From: an uncultured Actinomycetes bacterium
GTDB lineage: Bacteria > Actinomycetota > Actinomycetes > Streptosporangiales > Streptosporangiaceae
NCBI GenBank assembly: GCA_963742865.1
Contig: CAVUNW010000014.1
Coordinates: 114,846 to 146,845 of the forward strand
Direction: 5' to 3'
DNA length: 32,000 nt
Position numbers and translations under genes: made by a program
Notes under the pieces: model-generated
Told to the model about the DNA's origin: nothing
Database searches by the model: none
What the model saw: the letters and a program-made list of their open reading frames with translations, nothing else
Part shown: in pieces, positions 7,882 through 16,277 of the stretch
Layout of the letters: each line of letters begins with the position of its first letter
Position numbering within the stretch: position 1 is the stretch's first letter

Positions 7882-9705
7882 ATGGCCAGGTCGTCGCTTC
7901 TGCTGGTGGGCCTTGACCTGTCCGCATTCTGCAGCCGGGGGAAGAATGGCGATCAGGAGAGTGACGTGAGCGCTTCGACGAATGTTGGCAAGCGGGTGCT
8001 GACTGGGACTCGGGTCCTGTTCGGGGCGACTTTCGTGGTTGCCCTTGTACTCGGCTACGTGGGAATCGCGCGGTTCGTCGACCAACTTCCGTCCGATTCC
8101 GTTGGTCGCGATTTTTGGGACGTCGTCTACTACGACATGCAGTTGTTCGTGCTTGGCTCGTCGCCGCTGGATAGGGCCGGACCGTATCCGCCGGCGTTAG
8201 CTGTGGCCAGGTTCTTGGCGCCGGCGGCCTCGCTGTATGCGATCTTCGAGGCTACCCGGGCGCTGTTTGCGGACCAGGCACGGCAGTGGTGGTGGCGCTC
8301 GGTTCGCCGTGGCCACGTCATTGTGACGGGTGACAGCAGTACCGCGGTCGCTCTCATCGATCGGTTTCAGCGTTCGGCGATGCGCCGCCGGGTCATCGGG
8401 TTGGATAGCGTGGATGCGGTGACGCTTCGCGACGCGGGGATCGGCGGCGCGAGCGCGCTCTATGCCTGCGCTGACGACACCGGTGACAGCTCGGTCAATG
8501 TCGTGGCGGCTTTTGCGGCAGTCGACGCGAAACGACGTCGTTGGCGGCGACGGCGTCTGTCGGTCTACGCCCAAGTCAGCGATCCAACCTTGGCGCTGGC
8601 GCTGCGGGCACGCCGGTTGGGTGTGCCTCGCTCGGAGAGTAAGGACGTCGATTTCTTCAACGTCGATGAGCTTGCCGCGCGCGCGTTGATGGATGTGGCG
8701 TCGGTGAGCGTTCCGGCGGGCCATACCCCACACATCGTGGTGGCGGGTGGGAGCACGTTTGGCCGGGCCGTGGTCGTGGAGTACGCCTATTTCTGGTTGT
8801 TGCATTCGCCGCGCCGGCGTGAACGGGTGCTCGTTACTCTTGTCGATCCGGACGCGGAGACGATCGTGGCGGACCTGACGGCGCGCTGGGACGTTGTCAA
8901 CGAGGTACTCGAGCTCAAGGCAGTTCCAGGCGACATCGCAGCGGCGTTCCGAGCAGCACACGCGATGGCCCCGCACCGCACGTACGTGTGTTACGACGAC
9001 GAGGACCTGGCGCTGCGGGAGGCACTTACGGTCGCGTCTCTGTGGCGGGGTGGGCCGGATAGCCTCGTGGTTCGGTTGAGCCGGTTGCATCGCCATAGCG
9101 AGGTGTTCCGCGGTTCCTCCAGTTTTTTGCTCGATGACTTCGGGGGGCGGTTACGGATTGAGGGGACTACGAAGCTCGCCACCGAGGCAGGCGTGATCGA
9201 GCGGAGCCTGGTGGAAAGGCTTGCGCAAGCCATCCACGAGCAGTACGTAGTCGAACAGCTCCATGACGGGATCACCAGCGGGGCCGTATTGACGCCATGG
9301 CATGAGCTATCCGATGACCTCCGTGCCGCCAACCGGGCGCAGGCACGTGACATAGGCGTGAAACTCACAATGATTGACTGCACGGTCGCCCCGCGGGTCG
9401 GGGCGGCGGTGCCCGTGCACCTGAAGGACAGCGAGGTCGAGAGCCTCGCTATCCATGAACACGATCGGTGGTGTGCCGAGCGGAAGGCACACGGATGGAC
9501 GTACGCGCCGGTGCGCGACAGCAAAGCCCGTAAACACCCGTCGTTGGTCGCGTGGAGCGAGTTGTCCGAGGCCGAGCGGGACAAGGACCGCGACGCTGTG
9601 CGCAACCTGCCTGCTGTCCTCGCCCACGTTGGCCTTCGAATCCTGCGGCTGAGCCAGACGGCAGTGCCGATCCAGACGTCCCACGGAATTGAGCGTGTCG
9701 ACTAA
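7882..9705 (+). CDS. membrane protein: 2 TM helices plus pore-like loop, two TrkA_N/RCK-like Rossmann domains, C-terminal RyR-repeat domains
   Basis: Hydrophobic helices are VLFGATFVVALVLGYVGIARF and LAVARFLAPAASLYAIFEATRALF. Rossmann-like starts are GHVIVTGDSS and HIVVAGGSTFGRAVV. The C-terminus is RyR-like (LAIHEHDRWCAERKAHGWTYAPVRDSKARKHPSLVAWSELSEAERDKDRDAVRNLP), preceded by a degenerate half (AIHEQYV...TPWHELSDDLRAANRAQA). An alternative start is GTG 7966, which has AGGAGAG upstream. Confidence 0.8.
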   Translation: MARSSLLLVGLDLSAFCSRGKNGDQESDVSASTNVGKRVLTGTRVLFGATFVVALVLGYVGIARFVDQLPSDSVGRDFWDVVYYDMQLFVLGSSPLDRAGPYPPALAVARFLAPAASLYAIFEATRALFADQARQWWWRSVRRGHVIVTGDSSTAVALIDRFQRSAMRRRVIGLDSVDAVTLRDAGIGGASALYACADDTGDSSVNVVAAFAAVDAKRRRWRRRRLSVYAQVSDPTLALALRARRLGVPRSESKDVDFFNVDELAARALMDVASVSVPAGHTPHIVVAGGSTFGRAVVVEYAYFWLLHSPRRRERVLVTLVDPDAETIVADLTARWDVVNEVLELKAVPGDIAAAFRAAHAMAPHRTYVCYDDEDLALREALTVASLWRGGPDSLVVRLSRLHRHSEVFRGSSSFLLDDFGGRLRIEGTTKLATEAGVIERSLVERLAQAIHEQYVVEQLHDGITSGAVLTPWHELSDDLRAANRAQARDIGVKLTMIDCTVAPRVGAAVPVHLKDSEVESLAIHEHDRWCAERKAHGWTYAPVRDSKARKHPSLVAWSELSEAERDKDRDAVRNLPAVLAHVGLRILRLSQTAVPIQTSHGIERVD

Positions 9706-9910
9706 CGTGCATTCTGCGCACATCGACGAAGGTCGCGACAATCGAGTGGAGGATGCGCCACGTGGTGGGCGACTGTCGGCGGGATCTCGATCGGCCCGCA
9801 TCCAGGGCGGCCGAGACGCCGGCGGCGGCGGCGACCAACGTTGGTGGCGGTGGATGCTGCGAGACTTTCATGGGTGACGTGATGAGGACCTTCAGGTAGC
9901 GGAACGCGGC

Positions 9911-11755
9911 TTAGCTCATCCGCCGGTACCGCCATACGGATAGCGGTATGAACGCGGCCAGCAAGCCGCCGATCCAGGCCGCTGCTGCTCCGAGTGACAC
10001 CGGGGGGCCAAGGAGCGTGAGCGAACGGGCGGCGTCGGCGGTGACCGTGACGGGGCTGATTTTCGCGAACGCCTGCAGCCAGTGCGGCATGGTGGAGACG
10101 GGCACGAACACTGAGCTGGCGAAGACGAGCGGGAAGATCACGACGAACCCGGCCGTCTGTGCCGACTCGGCGCCTCGGACAGTGAGCCCCACGAAGGCGA
10201 AGATCCAGCTGAGGGCGAAGCCGAAGGCGGCGACGACGGCGATGCAGCCGACCGCCCGGGCTACTCCTCCGTGGAAGCGGAACCCGACCGCGTAGCCGAC
10301 GGCGATCATCAGGCCGATGACGAGGATGTTACGGACGAGGTCCGCCAGGGTGCGCCCGGCCAGCACGGCTGAGCGGGCTATCGGCATCGACCGGAAGCGA
10401 TCAACCACCCCGCGTTGCAGGTCCTCCGACAGGCCGACCGCCGTCTGCGAGGCGCGGAAGGTCACCGACTGGACAAAGATCCCGGGCAGCAGGAAGTCGA
10501 CGTAGGCGACCCCGTGTGGCAGCGAGCGCCCGACCGCGCCGCCGAACACGTAGACGAACAACAGCACGAACATGACCGGCTGGATGGTGGAAAAGGTCAA
10601 CAGGTCGCGCTGGCGGACGAAATGACGCAGGTTGCGGCTGGTGACCACGGCGGTGTCGGTGATTGCCGAGCGCACGGCCTGCGGCGGCGGGCGCCGCAGC
10701 CGCAGGACCGGCCTGCGGGGCGCTGATACGTTCGGCGCCGGCTGCCGGGGCTGGGGGCGGCGCTGAGTCCGGGGGCTAGGTCCGCCGCCGTCCTCGCTGG
10801 GCGGGGCACCGGTCAGCTGCAGGAAGACATCGTCCAGCGTGGGTCTGCGCAGCCCGATGTCGCTGACGCCGATCTGTGCCCGGCGCAGCTCCGCGGCCGC
10901 CTCCTCCACCAGCTGGAGCCCGTTGCGCGGGGCCGGAAGAGTGAGCCGGTCTAGGCGCTCGTCTGGCTGAGGATCGCCACAGCCCACCTCGGCGAGCACC
11001 GCCTGCGCCCGGTCACGCTGCTCCACGCTTGAGAGTTGCACCTCCAGGATCTGGCCGCCGACGCGGTCCTTGAGCTCGTTCCCGGTTCCCTCCGCGATCA
11101 CCTTCCCGCGGTCGATGACGGCGATGCGGTCGGCCAGCTGATCGGCTTCCTCCAGGTACTGGGTGGTCAGCAGGAGCGTTGTCCCCTCGCGCCGCAACTC
11201 GCGCACGATTGCCCAGATCTCGTTGCGGCTGCGCGGATCCAGGCCGCTGGTGGGCTCGTCGAGGAACAGGACCCTCGGCCGGGTCAGCAGGCTCGAGGCG
11301 ATGTCGAGCCTGCGGCGCATACCGCCTGAGTAGGTCCGCGCTGGCCGGTCAGCTGCCTGCGCCAGATCGAACCGCTCGAGCAACTCGCAGGCGCGGCGGC
11401 GGGCCTCCTCACGGGACAGCTTGAACAAGCGCCCGAACATCTCCAGGTTCTCCCGCCCCGTGAGGATCTCGTCGACCGCCGCGAATTGCCCCGTCAGGCC
11501 GAGCAGTTCGCGGACTGCGGCAGGCTCGGCCACGACGTCGTGGCCGAAGACGACCGCCCGCCCCGCATCGGGCCGCAGCAGCGTGGCCAGAATGCGGATC
11601 AGCGTGGTCTTGCCCGCTCCGTTCGGGCCTAGCAGGCCAAACACCGTTGCACTCGGGACCTCGAGCCCGGCGCGATCCAGCGCCACGGTCGTTCCGAAGC
11701 GCTTGACCAAACCCTCGATCCGTACCGCGGGCGCGGAGGAAGCAAGCCCGTTCAT
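9911..11755 (-). CDS. fused ABC transporter: DrrA-type ATPase plus ABC-2 (DrrB-type) permease
   Basis: The ATPase half shows Walker A GPNGAGKTT, signature YSGGMRRRL and Walker B LFLDEPTSGLD. A Pro/Arg-rich linker follows, then about 6 hydrophobic segments typical of an ABC-2 permease. Confidence 0.9.
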   Translation of the reverse strand: MNGLASSAPAVRIEGLVKRFGTTVALDRAGLEVPSATVFGLLGPNGAGKTTLIRILATLLRPDAGRAVVFGHDVVAEPAAVRELLGLTGQFAAVDEILTGRENLEMFGRLFKLSREEARRRACELLERFDLAQAADRPARTYSGGMRRRLDIASSLLTRPRVLFLDEPTSGLDPRSRNEIWAIVRELRREGTTLLLTTQYLEEADQLADRIAVIDRGKVIAEGTGNELKDRVGGQILEVQLSSVEQRDRAQAVLAEVGCGDPQPDERLDRLTLPAPRNGLQLVEEAAAELRRAQIGVSDIGLRRPTLDDVFLQLTGAPPSEDGGGPSPRTQRRPQPRQPAPNVSAPRRPVLRLRRPPPQAVRSAITDTAVVTSRNLRHFVRQRDLLTFSTIQPVMFVLLFVYVFGGAVGRSLPHGVAYVDFLLPGIFVQSVTFRASQTAVGLSEDLQRGVVDRFRSMPIARSAVLAGRTLADLVRNILVIGLMIAVGYAVGFRFHGGVARAVGCIAVVAAFGFALSWIFAFVGLTVRGAESAQTAGFVVIFPLVFASSVFVPVSTMPHWLQAFAKISPVTVTADAARSLTLLGPPVSLGAAAAWIGGLLAAFIPLSVWRYRRMS

Positions 11756-12023
11756 TCATCGACCAAAGAGAAGGAGGAAGCGCCTGCGATTGGGGCCTCC
11801 AGACAGGTGATCACGGCGACCGGGAGTTCCGGTCGGTGTTCCTTTCGTACGTGACGGCGTCCAACCAATACGCGCGCCACGCCGTACAGCCTCCGGCCTT
11901 CCGTTGCGACAGACGGGCTCACGCGCTTTCCTTGCCGTGGGCGGTGGGTCGGCCCCTCGCGCTGCTACTGTTCTTCGGCATGACCCACTCGCGGCTGCGG
12001 TCGTCCTGGTGACGTTGAGCCGC

Positions 12024-12209
12024 TCAGTTACGTCTTCGAGTGATGCGATCCTTGAACGAGATGACATTTCGCTCACGTGCCTGCTGGGCGAGTTCCTTGT
12101 AGGTCAGACCGAGTTCATCCAGGGCCATCTGGACACAATCTGTCCATTCAGCCTCTGTTGGCGTCCAAACCTCTACGTCACTCGGTTCTGTCCGTACTGC
12201 GTGTGTCAT
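12024..12209 (-). CDS. small hypothetical protein (61 aa)
   Basis: Protein-like composition (MTHAVRTEPSDVEVWTPTEAEWTDCVQMALDELGLTYKELAQQARERNVISFKD) in a lower-GC stretch. I did not recognise any family. Confidence 0.3.
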   Translation of the reverse strand: MTHAVRTEPSDVEVWTPTEAEWTDCVQMALDELGLTYKELAQQARERNVISFKDRITRRRN

Positions 12210-12545
12210 CGGGGGTGGCGCCTTCCAGGTTGAAGGGGGTTCCTGGTTGGTCGCCCCGATCCTAGGGGGTTCCTCTGACATTTGCCACCTCCATGCAAGC
12301 TCCGCACCCGACATACAAACTTGCATCTTTCATTTTCGGCAATGGCACGTTGGGGTGACGACTCCTGTCGATCTGACATGTCCGCTCAGACGCCCATCTG
12401 GAGCCAGTTCATACGTGGCCGAATCGGGCAGGCTCCTGCCCTCTGTGTCAAGATCAAGCGAGGCAAGATCTAGATTAGTAATGTTGATCCGTGAGGGCGA
12501 GCTGGGAGTCACCCCGAAGTGGATTCGATAAAACGAGGTGCCTGA

Positions 12546-13642
12546 TCCGGAGGTTCCGGCGAGGGCGCGGACCTGGCCCGGACCCAAGCCGCGCTCGAGA
12601 TCATGGGAAAAGCACACGCGCTCTTGGAACTACTCTCCGAGAGCGCGGAGCCGACGCGCGAACCGGGGCCGAGGAAGTGACCGCGGCGGCGCTCGACGAT
12701 CTCGTCGGCGTGGGTGTCGACGTGCGCCGCGCGTGTCGGTTGGTGGGCCGGCCACGGTCTACGCACTACTGGCGGGCCCGGGCCACGGACCCTGTCGACG
12801 CAGCGGCGTCCGCGGCCGGCGCCGGCCAACGCGCTGTCCGACGGCGAACGTGACCGGGTGCGGGAGTTGCTGCACGATCCGGCGTTCGTGGACAAGGCGC
12901 CGGCGCAGGTGTGGGCCCGCCTCCTCGACGACGGGGTCTACCTGTGCAGCCAGTCCACCATGTATCGGATCCTGCGCGCCACAGGCGAGTCGCGGGAACG
13001 ACGCCGGCAGGCCACCCACCCGGCCAAGGTCAAGCCCGAGCTCGTCGCCCACAAGCCGGGCGAGATGTACAGCTGGGACATCACCAAGCTCAGCGGCCCG
13101 CTGCGTGGCGTCTAGTACGACCTGTACGTCGTGCTCGACATCTTCAGCCGCTACGTCGTCGGCTGGCGGGTCGAGGAAACCGAGACCGCCGAACTGGCAA
13201 CCGAGTTCATCGACGACGTCATCCGAACCTACGGCAAACCGCGAGCAGTCCACGCCGACCGAGGCACCTCGATGACCTGCAAGTCGGTCGCCGAGCTGCT
13301 CGCCGTCCTGGGCATCGCCCGCAGCCACTCCCGACCGCATGTGAGTAACGACAACCCGTACAGCGAGGCGCAGTTCAAGACCCTCAAGTACTGCCCCGCT
13401 TCCCCGACCGCTTCGACGACATCGACGACGCCCGCGCTTTCTGCGAGGAGTTCTTCGACTACTACAACCACGAGCACCGCCACTCGGGACTCGGGTACCA
13501 CACGCCGGCGTCCGTCCACTTCGGATCCGCCGAAACCATCCGCGTCGACCGCGGCCACGTCCTCGCCGCCGCCTACACCCGCAACCCCGAACGGTTCACC
13601 GGCTCCCCGAACCACCAAAGCTCCCACCGTCGCTGGATCAAG
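12546..13642 (+). mobile_element. IS3-family element remnant A: orfA 3' end plus DDE transposase (orfB) pseudogene
   Basis: The orfA tail is LARTQAALEIMGKAHALLELL, ending at TGA 12678-12680. The orfB pieces are [56 protein letters not shown] and [16 protein letters not shown]. Lesions are a frameshift at ~12790-12830, an in-frame TAG at 13113-13115, and a frameshift at ~13400. The 5' end is truncated and I found no terminal inverted repeat. Confidence 0.8.
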
Positions 13643-14227
13643 ACGCGGCGGTACTCCGCGGCGTACAAGGCGAAGATCCTCGACGAGTACGAGTCGTTGG
13701 ACAAGGCGGGTAAGGGCTCGTTGCTACGTCGTGAGGGCCTGTACACGTCGTTGATCGCAGCGTGGAAGACGCAGCGGGACCAGGCGGTGAAGGAGGCGTT
13801 GGCTCGCCCTGCGGGGCGTGCGCCTGCGGACACGCGGGATAAGGAGATCGTTGGGCTGCGGCGGGAGAACGAGCGACTGACCGCGGAGTTGGGCAAGGCC
13901 CGGAAAGTCATTGATATTCAGGGAAAACTCTCCTTGCTGTTGGGCGAACTCGCGACCGACAGCCAGAGCAAAGGGAGCGAGCCCACGCCATGACCGACGA
14001 CGCGATCGCCGAGCTGACCCCGGTGCTGGGATCTGTGCGGGCGGCGTGCAAGGCGGCCGGTCGGCCGCAGGCCAGCCACTACCGCCGACATCGCCAGTCC
14101 CCGAAACCGGACAAGCCAGTTTGGGAGCGAAAGCCACAGCCGCGGGCGCTCACCCAGGACGAGCGTGACAGTGTGCGGGCGGTGCTCAACAGCCCGGCGT
14201 TCGCGGACAGGGCACCGGCGAGTATCG
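13643..14227 (+). mobile_element. IS3-family element remnant B: near-complete orfA plus 5' stub of orfB
   Basis: The orfA reads [18 protein letters not shown]...[20 protein letters not shown]...[25 protein letters not shown]. Its stop overlaps the orfB start (ATGA at 13990-13993). The orfB stub ([14 protein letters not shown]...LTQDERDSVRAVLNSPAFADRAPASI) breaks off at ~14227. It is homologous to copy A but clearly divergent. Confidence 0.75.
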
Positions 14228-14300
14228 CACCGCCAGTGGGCGCAGCGTCGTCGGACCGGACTCGTCGGAATGACTCACCCACGGTAGGTGCATTCATGAT

Positions 14301-14648
14301 CTACGCCCAGATGTATTCCTCAGTAATCGCGCCGTCGAGCCATTTGGCCACAGTTACCATTCGGCCGCCGCCTTCGAACTCACCAATCACACAGGTCCAT
14401 TCCCCGGATCCAAACGCGATCGGATGAGATGTGATCTGAGGTGGGGTCCCGCCCGCTGATTCGACGTAGGCCTTCATCGCGTCAATGTGCTGCCCAAGCC
14501 CGTGAGTTGGTGCTTGACCTTTCCAGTCCACCAGTACGTCTTTGGTGTGGTGGTGGGCAAACACGCCGTTCCAGTCGGCGTTGTTCCATCCGACGAAGTC
14601 AAGATCATCCATGCTCTTGAGGTGGCCTTTGACCTGGTCTTCTTTCAT
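14301..14648 (-). CDS. SnoaL-like / NTF2-fold (ester cyclase-like) protein
   Basis: The product is 115 aa with HHTKDVLVDWKGQ...HIDAMKAY...FGSGEWTCVIGEF...AKWLDGAITEEYIW, typical of SnoaL-type small cyclases. The gene has noticeably lower GC than its surroundings. Confidence 0.7.
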   Translation of the reverse strand: MKEDQVKGHLKSMDDLDFVGWNNADWNGVFAHHHTKDVLVDWKGQAPTHGLGQHIDAMKAYVESAGGTPPQITSHPIAFGSGEWTCVIGEFEGGGRMVTVAKWLDGAITEEYIWA

Positions 14649-14987
14649 GAGTCACTTCTTCCGTAGACGTACGAACCGATCTTCGCCCAGCAGCGATCGG
14701 AAAGCTCAAAAAGGTCGGACCGCCTTCGCGTCGATGTCGAGACGTCCCAACCAGGAGCAACCCGCCGAGTCCGGTCTGACCATAGTGGGCTGGACAACGA
14801 GTTACGATACGCCCGCAACGCGATCATAGAGGTGCGAGTGCAGAAAGTACCTCCACACGATCGCCGTCAGCGAGCCAGCCCCGATCGCCAGTGGCCAGCC
14901 TTCTCCCGATGTTCATGAAGGTCGGCTAACAGCAGGTCGATGTCCCGTTCCTCGTACTGAACCACGCCCAAACAAAGATCGCAACGC

Positions 14988-15368
14988 TCAGAACGTCACG
15001 GCGATTCCGATTACCGGTGGCCGGCGCACATGCAGGGTCTTGACCAGCCAGTAGCCCATGCGGGCGGTCAGATACTTGCGGGCAACGAGGGTGCGTCCCG
15101 CCTGTGTGTCGGCGTCGTTGAGCAGTCGAGCTGTGCCTTCGGCGCTCGCGGCGCCGGGCGCGATTGTGCCCCGTAGGCTGCAGACTGTAACCACGACGTG
15201 ACTGTTGTTGCGAATTCGCTTCACTTTCCAGGCGTTGGCGTCGGAAACGATGAACAACTCATCCCCGTTGCGCGCATGCCATACCGGCGTGGCGACGGCG
15301 GTTCCATCCTTGCGGTAGGTGGTCAGGCTGACGTACTTGCTGCGGCCGATCTGGTCGAGGATGGTCAT
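14988..15368 (-). CDS. PPOX-class (pyridoxamine 5'-phosphate oxidase fold) probable F420-dependent protein
   Basis: YVSLTTYRKDGTAVATPVWHA...LFIVSDANAWKVKRIRNNSHVVVTVC matches the actinobacterial PPOX/F420 small-protein pattern. Confidence 0.8.
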   Translation of the reverse strand: MTILDQIGRSKYVSLTTYRKDGTAVATPVWHARNGDELFIVSDANAWKVKRIRNNSHVVVTVCSLRGTIAPGAASAEGTARLLNDADTQAGRTLVARKYLTARMGYWLVKTLHVRRPPVIGIAVTF

Positions 15369-15424
15369 GAGCTCATACCATCACATCGCCTCACACCAAC
15401 CGGGGCCGCCCAGGTTCGGATCGA

Positions 15425-16140
15425 TTCTTCGTCGCCGAGTTTCTTCATGATGTGGAACCGGTCGAAGGTGATGTCGGCGTTGGCCAGATGCGCGGTGATG
15501 CCGGAGATGAACGCCGGGCTCATGTCACGGTGACATTGCCGACGGCTTCGGGGTAGCCGCCGTGCGCCGTGAGATCGGCAGCGAACGCTTTGACCGTGTC
15601 GCCGTCGCGGCCCGGGGTGGCGAACAGCACGCGGTGGGCGTCGGCGTCCATGAACACGCTGATGTAGTCCTGCCCGCGGGCGGCGGCGGTCTCGTCCACA
15701 CCGACCCGCTCCACGGTGCTGAAGTCGAGCTTGGCCCGCTCCGTCGTGACGTAGTGCTTGAGGACCCGCCAGATCCGGGTGTTGTCCTCGCCGGTGAACG
15801 CGGCGACCCGGGCGACCGGCATCGAACTGGCGAACGTGATCAGCAGCGCCTCGAACAGCAACGTGAACCCCGAACCCGGTCGGGCCCAACTCACCGCGAC
15901 TTGCCGCACACCGTGCTCGGGACACCGAAGACCACCCCAACCGGTGAGCTCGAGTGGCCGTTGGAGGCGACGGTGGTACACGCCGATTCCGGTCCCGATC
16001 GCATCGCGGCCTACCACCCGCCCGTGGAATGGATGGCCGTCGGGAACCAGCGGCCCGTCGTACACGCCGTCCTCGGTGAACATCGCGGCGATCGCATCCG
16101 GGTTCCGGGTGAAGTTCGTGCGAATGGCAAAGAAAAGGGC
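15425..16140 (-). mobile_element. ISL3-family (IS204/IS1001/IS1096/IS1165-type) transposase remnant, frameshifted and truncated
   Basis: Recognisable pieces are LRCPEHGVRQVAVSWARPGSGFTLLFEALL, VARVAAFTGEDNTRIWRVLKHYV and VGVDETAAARGQDYISVFMD. A frameshift at ~15527 leads into DMSPAFISGITAHLANADITFDRFHIMKKLG. The C-terminal half is missing. Both boundaries are approximate. Confidence 0.7.
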
Positions 16141-16182
16141 AAGGAGATCTCTCCCTGCCACTCTTAATGTATAGCGCACTGG

Positions 16183-16201
16183 GGGGCTTGCGGCAAGACC
16201 G
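16183..16201. promoter_or_regulatory. RAE-like (rifamycin-associated element) 19-bp inverted repeat GGGGCTTGCGGCAAGACCG
   Basis: An imperfect palindrome (7 of 9 arm positions pair) lies 77 nt upstream of the rph start. From memory it resembles the published RAE found upstream of actinomycete rifamycin-inactivating genes. It needs checking against the published logo. Confidence 0.55.
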
Positions 16202-16277
16202 GGGTCGTGGCGCAGAATCGTCGGCCGAGGCCACAACCTGCGGAAATGAGGGCACGACGTGCCCCGGAGGTATCGCA

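Noticed and set aside
6982-8085. A 367-aa minus-strand ORF spanning the WD40 region and the start of the RyR gene. The 258-aa minus ORF at 6169-6945 belongs to the same category.
   Set aside because: They are antisense to well-supported genes and show no motifs and a junk-like composition.
9449-9935. Minus-strand ORFs in the RyR/ABC spacer (for example MKVSQHPPPPTLVAAAAGVSAALDAG…) as a signal-peptide gene truncated by insertion of the island.
   Set aside because: The hydrophobic start is weak, the remainder is Arg-rich, and the ORF runs antisense into the RyR gene. The evidence is insufficient.
11756-12076. A 106-aa minus ORF immediately upstream of the ABC transporter.
   Set aside because: It is Arg/Thr/Pro-rich low-complexity text without motifs, and it is probably a non-coding leader.
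15960-16140. The N-terminal portion of the 15520..16278 ORF (…AMFTEDGVYDGPLVPDGHPFHGRVVGRDAIG…) as a separate NTF2/SnoaL-like gene interrupted by the ISL3 element.
   Set aside because: It could equally be the degraded zinc-finger N-terminus of the ISL3 transposase. I cannot separate the two readings without a database alignment, so it was folded into the ISL3 remnant with approximate bounds.
16167-16277. The upstream ATG (16167) for rph, which gives a 914-aa product.
   Set aside because: The extra 37 aa cover the RAE-like palindrome and have no similarity to the family N-terminus. MIEQYVLDLQE at 16278 has a GGAGG Shine-Dalgarno.
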